From the IMG/VR virus record IMGVR_UViG_3300029705_000009: 64,000 bases of DNA, one strand, 5' to 3'. Source of the stretch: a virus (Duplodnaviria; Caudoviricetes). The number at the start of each line of letters is the position of its first letter. Within the stretch, counting starts at the first letter, position 1. The position numbers and the translations under genes are program-made. The notes beneath the pieces are model-generated. The model did not search any database, was not told the origin of the DNA, and was given only the letters and a program-made list of their open reading frames with translations. Of this stretch, positions 29,431 to 37,829 are shown in pieces.

Positions 29431-29519
29431 CTCAACCGAATTCACAACGCCTCTGATTCAAGCGCAACCCTGTGAATCTTTGTATTAGAAGGAGTCAGGT
29501 ACGTAACTGATTTCTTATT

Positions 29520-29591
29520 GGCTCTATGGTCTAGTGGTTATGACGCTACCCTGTCACGGTAGAAGTGCGAGTTCAATTCTCGCTAGGGTCG
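29520..29591 (+). tRNA. tRNA-Asp(GTC)
   Basis: Acceptor GGCTCTA/TAGGGTC, anticodon arm CTACC-CTGTCAC-GGTAG. Confidence 0.9.
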
Positions 29592-29597
29592 TTATTT

Positions 29598-29670
29598 GGG
29601 GCATTAGCTCAGTTGGGAGAGCACCTGCCTTGCACGCAGGGGGTCATCGGTTCAAGTCCGATATGCTCCA
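29598..29670 (+). tRNA. tRNA-Ala(TGC)
   Basis: Canonical GGGGCATTAGCTCAGTTGGGAGAGCACCTGCCTTGCACGCAGG..., with the G3:U70 pair. Confidence 0.95.
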
Positions 29671-29674
29671 TTTT

Positions 29675-29761
29675 GCCTGTTTACTCTAATTGGTAAGAGG
29701 GCAGTCTTGAAAACTGCTGTAGCTGTGAAAGGCGATTGGGGTTCGAGTCCCTAAGCAGGCG
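29675..29761 (+). tRNA. tRNA-Ser(TGA)
   Basis: Acceptor GCCTGTT/AGCAGGC, anticodon arm GCAGT-CTTGAAA-ACTGC, long variable arm, G73. Confidence 0.9.
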
Positions 29762-29812
29762 TGATTATTATCCCATTAAGGGAAATTTATAAATAATAAA
29801 AGGATGAAATAA

Positions 29813-29986
29813 ATGATTAATATCACTAAACAGGAAGCATTTAAGATGAGAGAATTGGGATTTTCTGACAAAGTACATAAAACATACACTAAACACCCTA
29901 CCTATTTTTTGACTGAAGATGTAAAATGTTTAAAAGCATTAAATGATTACAAAAGAGGGCTCATAAAGAATGGGGATCGGAATTAA
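29813..29986 (+). CDS. 57-aa hypothetical protein (MINITKQEAFKMRELGFSDKVHKTYTKHPTYFLTED...)
   Basis: AAGGA RBS and open frame overlapping the next start. Confidence 0.65.
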   Translation: MINITKQEAFKMRELGFSDKVHKTYTKHPTYFLTEDVKCLKALNDYKRGLIKNGDRN

Positions 29987-31115
29987 TAAAAATTTATCTC
30001 AAGAAGATAAGACAAAATTATATAAAAGCAAATTAGAAAAAATCAATAAAGATATTGAAGTAATAGGTGATTATGTAGATACGAAAACCAAAATTAGACT
30101 TAGGTGTAAAAATTTGCATGAATGGGATACTAAGCCTATGAATCCGTTAGAAGGTAAAGGTTGTCCTATATGTTCTGGAAAATATACAAATACAATAAGC
30201 TTTGTTGAAAAAATGGAAAAAATAAATAATAACATAGAAATTTTATCAGAGTATATTAACGCAAAGACTAAAATTAAATGTAGATGCTTACTTGATAATT
30301 ATGAATGGAATGCAACCCCTAATCAATTACTAAGCGGTAAAGGCTGCCCTAAATGTTCAAAAAGAATACGTTATACGCATGATGATTTTGTGTCTATCAT
30401 TGAGGATAAGTTTGATGGAAAAATAAAAATAAAATCAAAATATAATGGGCAATTAAATAGTTTAAACTGTGAATGTCTTGTATGTGGCAATGAATGGACA
30501 TCAAAACATGCAAGATTAGTATTTGTCGCTAAAACAACACCTTGTATAAATTGTGCCGCAAAAATAAGAGGTGAAAAATCAAGAGATACTGAAGCTGATT
30601 TTATTAGTAAGTTGAGTAAGATTACTGATAACATAACATTGGTTGGGAAATATGAATTATCTAGTGTAAAGACCGAATTTTATTGTAATATATGTGAATC
30701 ATATTTTAAAGAGTATCCGGCAAAAATTCTAGTTAGAAACGGAAAGTGCCCGTGTTGCGGTTTAAGTAAAGGTGAAAAGAAAATATTTGAATATTTAAAA
30801 AAGCATAATATTGAATTCGAAAGAGAGTATTCTTTTCATGATTTGTTTAGTGATAACGGAACTTTGTTACGTTACGATTTTGCAATAATAAAAAACAATT
30901 CTGTAAATAAAATTATAGAATTCGATGGCGTGTTTCACTATGAAAAGGTTTATCCGGATCACGACCTTGAAAAGCAACAACGTTATGATGAAATCAAAAA
31001 TAATTATTGTTCTAATCATAACATTGAAATACTTCGTATTCCTTATTGGAATTATGAAAATATCGAAAAGATATTGGATGACTTTTTAAATAATAAAAAT
31101 TTTTGGAAACACTAA
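29970..31115 (+). CDS. Putative homing endonuclease: repeated Zn-ribbons plus a C-terminal PD-(D/E)xK/Vsr-like nuclease domain
   Basis: Four C..HEW/GCPxC-type repeats, then SKGEKKI...LRYDF...IIEFDG.FH...D..KN.YC....I.ILRIPYW. Confidence 0.8.
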   Translation: MGIGINKNLSQEDKTKLYKSKLEKINKDIEVIGDYVDTKTKIRLRCKNLHEWDTKPMNPLEGKGCPICSGKYTNTISFVEKMEKINNNIEILSEYINAKTKIKCRCLLDNYEWNATPNQLLSGKGCPKCSKRIRYTHDDFVSIIEDKFDGKIKIKSKYNGQLNSLNCECLVCGNEWTSKHARLVFVAKTTPCINCAAKIRGEKSRDTEADFISKLSKITDNITLVGKYELSSVKTEFYCNICESYFKEYPAKILVRNGKCPCCGLSKGEKKIFEYLKKHNIEFEREYSFHDLFSDNGTLLRYDFAIIKNNSVNKIIEFDGVFHYEKVYPDHDLEKQQRYDEIKNNYCSNHNIEILRIPYWNYENIEKILDDFLNNKNFWKH

Positions 31116-31125
31116 AAAACTGAAA

Positions 31126-32577
31126 GTGGTGATAAATATCGCTAAGAAAAAGAGTAAGGAAGGGATCAGAGTATCTTTTGTAGATGAACCAGCATCAGAG
31201 GACGTAACTGGAAGCGGGGTCTTAATTGAGACACCAAACCATAAAATATTGTTGGATTATGGTCTGGCTCAAAGTAATGACAGGTATGAGGATTTTTTAG
31301 TTAACAATAGGAAGACACGAGAATTTAAAGCACGAGATATTGATTTAATATTCATCTCACATTTACACGCAGACCACTCATTATTGTGTCCTAAGCTATT
31401 TAAAGATGGATGTAATGGTGGAGTTATTATTTCCAAAGGTAATATGGGAGTATTAAAAACAATGGCTACAGATAGTGCATTAATCTCAGAAAGAGATGTG
31501 CTATTGATAAATTCACAGCATGATAAAAAGTACTCTCCTATTTATTCAATTGATGATGTTAATAAAATGATTGAACATACTTTTGAAATGAATACAAATG
31601 AAAAAATCTATCTAGACGATGAAATATCTTTTAAATTAATTCCTAGTGGACATTTATTGGGCGGTGTTCAAATTGTATTGTACATAACTATTAATGGAGT
31701 CACAAAGGTTGTTGGATATACCGGTGATATAGGCAATAGAGAAATTAACAACTATTTCGTAGGAAAGTTTCAACCAATAGATTGTTTCTGTGATATTTTT
31801 ATCGGAGAGTCTACATATGGTGATAGACCGGATTTAAAAACCGGTATCAAAGAAAGAAAAAATGACCTAGATAAGTTAAAGTCTATTATTGATATGCAAA
31901 TAAAAGAAATGAAAGGCCGAGTTCTTATTCCGTCATTTGCTCAAAGTAGAGTTCAGCAATTGGCTTTAATGATTTATCAGTTATATAAGAACGAAGAATG
32001 GCAACCAAAAGTTTATATTGATTCTCCTCTTGCTATTTCTATTTTTAAAGATTATGAAGAAATTCTTGAAGGAGAAGAAAAAGAGCTGTTTGATGAGTTA
32101 TTAAGATGGGACAAACTTATATTTGTCAAGGAATCCGAAGAAAGTAAAAGTTTAGTTTCCTCTAAAGAACCCTGTTTGATAATTTCAACTAGCGGAATGT
32201 GCCAAGTTGGAAGGGTTAGACATCACTTAAAGGAATTAATTCCAAATCCTAATGCAACTGTTTTGTTTGTAGGATTCTCATCTGAAGGTAGTTTGGCAAG
32301 CTTGTTGCGAGACATTAAAACTAAGTCTGTAACGATTGATCAGAAAGAATATAAATGTAGGTGTGCATCATATTCTTTAAAAAGTATGAGTGGACACGCT
32401 CCTTTTGCACAGCTTTTAAGCTACTACTCTTCTATTAATTGTAATAAAATCATTTTACATCATGGAAGTAATGGTGCAAAAGAAACTTTAGCAAAAGAAT
32501 TAAAAAAGGAATTAGAAAAACAATGCAAAACAACTAGGGTTATCATTGCAAATTCTAGTTTGAAATTTGGACTATAA
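31126..32577 (+). CDS. Metallo-beta-lactamase / beta-CASP ribonuclease (YSH1/CPSF73-like)
   Basis: VTGS, LLDYG, SHLHADH, SGHLLG, YTGDIG, ESTYG, SGM, MSGHA and LHHG motifs. Confidence 0.88.
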   Translation: MVINIAKKKSKEGIRVSFVDEPASEDVTGSGVLIETPNHKILLDYGLAQSNDRYEDFLVNNRKTREFKARDIDLIFISHLHADHSLLCPKLFKDGCNGGVIISKGNMGVLKTMATDSALISERDVLLINSQHDKKYSPIYSIDDVNKMIEHTFEMNTNEKIYLDDEISFKLIPSGHLLGGVQIVLYITINGVTKVVGYTGDIGNREINNYFVGKFQPIDCFCDIFIGESTYGDRPDLKTGIKERKNDLDKLKSIIDMQIKEMKGRVLIPSFAQSRVQQLALMIYQLYKNEEWQPKVYIDSPLAISIFKDYEEILEGEEKELFDELLRWDKLIFVKESEESKSLVSSKEPCLIISTSGMCQVGRVRHHLKELIPNPNATVLFVGFSSEGSLASLLRDIKTKSVTIDQKEYKCRCASYSLKSMSGHAPFAQLLSYYSSINCNKIILHHGSNGAKETLAKELKKELEKQCKTTRVIIANSSLKFGL

Positions 32578-32688
32578 ATGGTGACAGCCATATTGATTAT
32601 GGTTTAAAGGCACTCATGCGTTAATTCGTGTGGGTGTCTTTTAATATATACCGAAAGGTAAATAAGGATTATAAGGAGAACAACAAAA

Positions 32689-33309
32689 ATGGAAATTTTG
32701 TTACCAGGCATTTTAGAAAATGCTCAAAATGATAAATATTTATCTCCAGAAGAATATACTTACTGGAAAGCAAGAGAAAATAGAACTTTCTATATTGATT
32801 ATGAAATTGATGATATGTATAACCTAGTAGAATTAGGAAAGATCATCGTTCAGTTGAATATGGAAGAAAAAGATATTCCAAAAGAGGATTTGAAGCCTAT
32901 TTATTTATGGGTGCATTCTTACGGTGGAGATATAGAACAGGCAAATTGGTTCTGTGATTTGTGTATTAGTTCCAGAATTCCTATTATTACAATTGCAATG
33001 GGTGCTGCAATGTCTGCAGGATTTTTGATTGTTTTATCTGGACATAAGCGTTTTGCATTTAAACATAGTCAGCTTCTCGTTCACACTGGCAGTGGAACTT
33101 TAACCGGTACTGCAGAACAAATTGAAGAAGCACAGAAAAATTACAAAAAGCAAATCAATGAAATGAAAGAATATATTCTATCTCGCACTTCTATTGATGA
33201 AAAAGTATTTAATAAGAACAAAACAAAAGATTGGTATTTAACAGCCGAGGAATTGATTAAATATAATGTTGTTGACAAATTAATTGATAGTTTGGATGAT
33301 ATTTTTTAA
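32689..33309 (+). CDS. ClpP-like serine protease
   Basis: SYGGD, catalytic Ser in AAMSAG, His in LLVHT, Asp in KDWYLTAEELIKY. Confidence 0.85.
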   Translation: MEILLPGILENAQNDKYLSPEEYTYWKARENRTFYIDYEIDDMYNLVELGKIIVQLNMEEKDIPKEDLKPIYLWVHSYGGDIEQANWFCDLCISSRIPIITIAMGAAMSAGFLIVLSGHKRFAFKHSQLLVHTGSGTLTGTAEQIEEAQKNYKKQINEMKEYILSRTSIDEKVFNKNKTKDWYLTAEELIKYNVVDKLIDSLDDIF

Positions 33310-33416
33310 ATTGCCGAGTGCGTATATTTCCACATATATCATACTACCATACTGTCTATAACGTGTCAACAAAAATGATGAAATAAAATTTTTAGGATTA
33401 AAAGGAGAAAAATAAA

Positions 33417-33656
33417 ATGATGGAAGTAAAGAAAACAACTAAGTATGACGGAAAACTTAAAGGTGTACGTATTGTAAATAATAACATTGTCGATGCTGAC
33501 GGAGAAATTATTGATTTAGTATCTGTGTTGTCTAAGGTGTACGGAGATAATGTTTTTGATTTAAGTACTACCTGCAAGGAAGAGGAAATCATTGACGTTG
33601 ATGATGCTGAAGAAGCTATTATTGGCGAAGATGGAGATATTATTTACGAAGACTAA
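33417..33656 (+). CDS. YonK-like small protein
   Basis: Size, KG...DL..L pattern and position directly before the YonJ-like gene. Confidence 0.5.
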   Translation: MMEVKKTTKYDGKLKGVRIVNNNIVDADGEIIDLVSVLSKVYGDNVFDLSTTCKEEEIIDVDDAEEAIIGEDGDIIYED

Positions 33657-33707
33657 TAAGTAGAGAGTGCTTTTGCACTCTCTTTTCTATTAAGGAGAAT
33701 AAGGATA

Positions 33708-34928
33708 ATGTTTGATATAGAAAATACCCTTGCCGAGTATGGTCTTACACCGGAAAGGTACGAGGATTTATTAAAAGACTGCTCTGACAAGGTGCATCGT
33801 ATAATTGATATGGATTGGTCAGAGATTGCAGAAAAATACGGAATTGATTTTAATCCAGACACATTAAGAAAAGGAAGTCAACCTCCTCTTATAGGCGGTG
33901 CTTTTATAAAAGAATATTATCAGCAGAAGTTTGAAAAAGAAAAACATAAAAATGATGATTGTTATTCTGGCGAAATAATGGCTATGAAACGTGAATTAGA
34001 ACGTGCAAAAATTCAGTTCAGAGATGAAAGAACTGCATGGCAGAAACAGAATTATCTTGCCGCTAGAGCTGAAAATAAATTGGACTTACTTGAAGATAGA
34101 TTGTCTGAAATCGGTAAAATTAATTTTTCTAGTCACGAAGAAGTAAACGTTGTTGGCGATACTGACTTACTTGTTATTTTGTCTGATTTACATATTGGTC
34201 AATGCTTCTCTTCTATTTGGGGAGAATATAATTCTACAATTGCCGAAAAGAGATTAAATCAGCTTTTACATGAAGTAGTAAAGATTGGTCGTAGACATAA
34301 TTCTGAGAAGGTCTATGTGTCTATTCAAGGTGATCTTATTTCGGGATCCATTCACAAAGCTTTAGCAATTACCAATAGGGAAAATGTAATTGAGCAAATT
34401 AAGCTCGCCTCAGAATTAATTACTTCATTTTGTTATGAACTTAGTAAATATTTTAATAAGGTTTTAATAAGTAATGTATCTGGTAACCATTCTAGAATTG
34501 ATAAGAAAGAAGATGCACTGCATGATGAGAGACTTGATGATCTTATCTCATGGATTGTAGAAAGTTCATTAAAACATATTGATAACGTTACAGTGTTGCA
34601 CAGAAATTTAGACAATGGTATTTCTGATATGAATATTCGTGGAAAATCGTATGTGGCGGTGCATGGTGATTACGATACGTTTACAAAGTCCGGTGTTGCT
34701 AATTTAGTACTCATGCTAGGATTTGCGCCGTATGCAGTGACGTTTGGCCACATGCACACTTGTGCCGTTGATGAATGTAATGGAATTAAAATGATTCGTG
34801 GTGGATCACTTGCTGGTTCTGGAGATTCTTATACCATTGAAAAAAGATTAAGTGGCAAGCCAAGTCAGATGGTGTGCGTATGTTCAGATAATGGTGTAGA
34901 AGCTTATTATACGGTTGAGTTAAATTGA
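33708..34928 (+). CDS. YonJ-like metallophosphoesterase with an N-terminal HTH/coiled coil
   Basis: SDLHIG, GDLISG, GNHSR, VHGD and GHMH motifs. SPbeta-like synteny. Confidence 0.8.
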   Translation: MFDIENTLAEYGLTPERYEDLLKDCSDKVHRIIDMDWSEIAEKYGIDFNPDTLRKGSQPPLIGGAFIKEYYQQKFEKEKHKNDDCYSGEIMAMKRELERAKIQFRDERTAWQKQNYLAARAENKLDLLEDRLSEIGKINFSSHEEVNVVGDTDLLVILSDLHIGQCFSSIWGEYNSTIAEKRLNQLLHEVVKIGRRHNSEKVYVSIQGDLISGSIHKALAITNRENVIEQIKLASELITSFCYELSKYFNKVLISNVSGNHSRIDKKEDALHDERLDDLISWIVESSLKHIDNVTVLHRNLDNGISDMNIRGKSYVAVHGDYDTFTKSGVANLVLMLGFAPYAVTFGHMHTCAVDECNGIKMIRGGSLAGSGDSYTIEKRLSGKPSQMVCVCSDNGVEAYYTVELN

Positions 34929-35016
34929 TAACAAATACGTACATTGACGGGTGCGATGTACATTGCATATCAGGAGAGGTTTCTGTCCTCTCCTACTTCT
35001 TTGGAGGAAAAGGATA

Positions 35017-35679
35017 GTGAAGAGATTATATATTGATGATTATACAGATATTGTAGAACTGATGTATGAGAAGGTTTGTGGAAGTTGTGAAGAAGCAACT
35101 TTTATTGGTCTTTATGAAGATGCAGTAGAGATTCTTAAACAGCTTGTTATATTAGACGAAACAGACATTCATCAGGTGTCTATTGTACCAGAAGATTGGG
35201 ACGGATATGACAAAGAATATATTGTTACATTGGATAATTCATTTGATATCTGGTGTGAAAAATTATACAGATGTGAAACTGAATCTTATATTAGAGGTTT
35301 AGCAGGTTGCGTTATTATTGCAGATGATTGCAATAGAGATGCTATTCGTGAACCGGAGACTGATGATATTTACATTGCTTCTTTTGGTGATGTTGATGCG
35401 TTATTTGAAGAAGATGAATGTGAATGTAATGGAAACTGCGAATGTTGTGCACATTATGGTATGACCGAGTCTAATGAAGAAGACGAGGAACTTTTGACTG
35501 ATTCAAGAAGTGAGTCTTTTAATGTATCTCGCACAAAAGACGGTAGAATTGCTGGATTTACTAAAAGTTGGAGTGATACTGCAGCTGATGGAACCATTTC
35601 TTATAGTAGTTACAGTTATTATGGAAGTAACGAAGATATTGTAAAGAAGCTTGCAAAAGAGTTTAGAATTGATATTTAA
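35017..35679 (+). CDS. Acidic hypothetical protein with a Cys cluster
   Basis: GTG start after an AAGGA RBS. CECNGNCECC motif. Confidence 0.75.
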   Translation: MKRLYIDDYTDIVELMYEKVCGSCEEATFIGLYEDAVEILKQLVILDETDIHQVSIVPEDWDGYDKEYIVTLDNSFDIWCEKLYRCETESYIRGLAGCVIIADDCNRDAIREPETDDIYIASFGDVDALFEEDECECNGNCECCAHYGMTESNEEDEELLTDSRSESFNVSRTKDGRIAGFTKSWSDTAADGTISYSSYSYYGSNEDIVKKLAKEFRIDI

Positions 35680-35742
35680 AGGACTCTTGCTGTCACAAGA
35701 GCCCCGTAATTAAAGGAGAAAAAGGACAAATGACTGGATTTT

Positions 35743-35886
35743 TTATCTGAATTTCATGTTGAGTTCAAATTTGATGATGCCTAATTTGACTGAGAATTCA
35801 GATAAATTAATTTTGCCCGTTGCCATACTGGCAAGCTCGGCGGTCAGCGCAAAAGCGCAAAATACTAAAAACTCATAATCCATCAT
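35743..35886 (-). CDS. 47-aa hydrophobic antisense protein, type I toxin-like (MMDYEFLVFCAFALTAELASMATGKINLSEFSVKLGIIKFELNMKFR)
   Basis: Own promoter TTTACA-N16-TATAAT (35961-35934), AAAGGAG RBS and terminator at 35681-35705. The 3' UTR is complementary to its own RBS. Confidence 0.7.
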   Translation of the reverse strand: MMDYEFLVFCAFALTAELASMATGKINLSEFSVKLGIIKFELNMKFR

Positions 35887-35999
35887 TTTCTCCTTTCGTA
35901 TTTTACACATGTGCGTGCCCATGTGTTGGTTATATTATAACAAAATATTGAAAATTGTAAAGATATGGAGAGTGGATAACTACTCTCCTATTATTATGT

Positions 36000-36082
36000 G
36001 CTGGTGTCGCATAGTGGCCGAGTGCACCGGATTTGTAACCCGGTTTCGAAAGAACGCGTGAGTCCGAATCTCACCACCAGCT
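36000..36082 (+). tRNA. tRNA-Thr(TGT) with an extended variable arm
   Basis: Acceptor GCTGGTG/CACCAGC, anticodon loop TTTGTAA, variable region TTTCGAAAGAACGC, T-arm GTGAG-TCCGAAT-CTCAC. Confidence 0.75.
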
Positions 36083-36192
36083 TAAAATGCAGTAGACAAA
36101 TCGGAGTAGCTACCGATTTGATGTGGTGCTAACCTCCCACTTCTACTGCTATTTTTATATGTTTTTGAGGTTAGAGGAACGAGGTTAGAAAT

Positions 36193-36726
36193 ATGAAAAT
36201 GGGAAAATATTTATGCGAATACGCTCCCGATCATCCAAGAAGCACAAAAGAAGGATATGTTTACTCTCATGTGCTTGTTGCAGAAAGAATGTTGGGAAGA
36301 AATTTAAAATCAACAGAATGTGTTCACCACATAGATGAAAATAAAAATAACAACTCGCCAGAAAATATAATGGTTTTTAAAACAAAAGCGGATCATTCTG
36401 CTTTTCATCATGGATGTGACATAAAAAAAGAAGGAGATGTTTATATCTCTCTTCCTCATAAAGACTCTATATGCCCTTTATGTGGAAAGCGTAAAGATTT
36501 TAAAGCAAACGTGTGTAAAGAATGTCATATAAAAAATACATATACGGCAGAAAGACCGGATAGAACAATTTTAAAAAACATGATATATAATATACCATTT
36601 TTAAGAATTGGAGAAATGTTTGGTGTATCTGATAACGCAGTTCGTAAATGGTGCAATGCATACAACTTGCCTAATAAGAAATCAATTATAAGTTCTTATT
36701 CTGAAGAAGAATGGGAACTTATTTAA
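36193..36726 (+). CDS. HNH homing endonuclease with a C-terminal Zn-ribbon/HTH
   Basis: YVYSHVLVAE...VHHIDENKNNNSPENI...HSAFH and IGEMFGVSDNAVRKW. Confidence 0.88.
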   Translation: MKMGKYLCEYAPDHPRSTKEGYVYSHVLVAERMLGRNLKSTECVHHIDENKNNNSPENIMVFKTKADHSAFHHGCDIKKEGDVYISLPHKDSICPLCGKRKDFKANVCKECHIKNTYTAERPDRTILKNMIYNIPFLRIGEMFGVSDNAVRKWCNAYNLPNKKSIISSYSEEEWELI

Positions 36727-36771
36727 TTTGTATAAAAGTATATAAAATGATTAAAAGGAGGAAGCTTATAG

Positions 36772-37821
36772 ATGGCTTATTTGAAACAAGCTCGCTCTGA
36801 GACTGAAATTAAATCAGCCACCGTGAGCAAAGTAAAACAATATTATAACGAGTTGGCTCGTGATTACACAAAAATAATCGAACAGGATTATATTCTTTGT
36901 CCGAAATGCGGAGAATTTGTAAGTAGGGATAATTTTTATTCATCAAATGAATATGCTATTGGAGTTTTTCCAGAATGTAAAAAATGTATACTTGCAGAGG
37001 TTGAGCAGCGTGACAAGAAGAATGATAAACCAAACGAAACAAAAGAGTCTGTTAAACGCATGTTGCAGAAAATGAATCTTCCATATATTGATGATTTGTA
37101 TGAATCAGCGTGTAAAACTGTGGCAGATGAAGTGAATGAGAAAAATAGAAAAGCTCCTTTCTTGGCATATTTGGTGCCTTTAAAATCACTTCCTCAATAT
37201 AAAAACAGAACATGGGCTGATTCTGAATTTGAATTGGGCGTTGTTACTGAGGAAGAAGAAACCAAAATTAACGCTAAAACTATTAAAAATGGTAAAAAGC
37301 GTTTTGGCAATTACGCTCCAGAAGATTTGATGTTTCTTGAAAATGAATATCAAGATTGGATTACTAGATATGAATGTAATACTAAGGCACAAGAATCTAT
37401 TTTTGAGCGATTAAGTTTTAAGAAGTGGGAAATTAATAAAGCAACCAAGAGTGGCTTACCAACAAAAGATTTGGATAAAACTTATCAAGAATTGCTTGCT
37501 ACTGCGAATATTCAGCCACGTCAGTCTGGAATGGATTCTATGGCAGAAGCTCAAACGCTAGGAACTTTAATTCAAAAATATGAAGAAACAAGACCTTTGC
37601 CAGAAATAGATCCTGAATTAGAGGATGTCGATAGAATTGGTTTATATATTGATAGCTTTTATAGGGGTCATGCATGTAAAATGTTGGGCATTAAAAATAC
37701 ATTTACAAATTTATATGAAAAGGTCATGTCAAAATACACTGTTAAGCCTCCAGAGTATGATGACGAATCTGACAGTGAAATATTATTTGATAAAATATTT
37801 GGTTCTGTGGAAGACGCATAG
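36772..37821 (+). CDS. Probable terminase small subunit (YonG-like)
   Basis: N-terminal CxxC...CKKC motif. Lies immediately upstream of the large terminase. Confidence 0.55.
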   Translation: MAYLKQARSETEIKSATVSKVKQYYNELARDYTKIIEQDYILCPKCGEFVSRDNFYSSNEYAIGVFPECKKCILAEVEQRDKKNDKPNETKESVKRMLQKMNLPYIDDLYESACKTVADEVNEKNRKAPFLAYLVPLKSLPQYKNRTWADSEFELGVVTEEEETKINAKTIKNGKKRFGNYAPEDLMFLENEYQDWITRYECNTKAQESIFERLSFKKWEINKATKSGLPTKDLDKTYQELLATANIQPRQSGMDSMAEAQTLGTLIQKYEETRPLPEIDPELEDVDRIGLYIDSFYRGHACKMLGIKNTFTNLYEKVMSKYTVKPPEYDDESDSEILFDKIFGSVEDA

Positions 37822-37829
37822 GTGTAATT

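Noticed and set aside
27884-36120. HDV-like (theta) ribozymes at tRNA 3' ends
   Set aside because: The trailers do not give the P1-P2-P3-P1.1-P4 nested pseudoknot starting at the discriminator.
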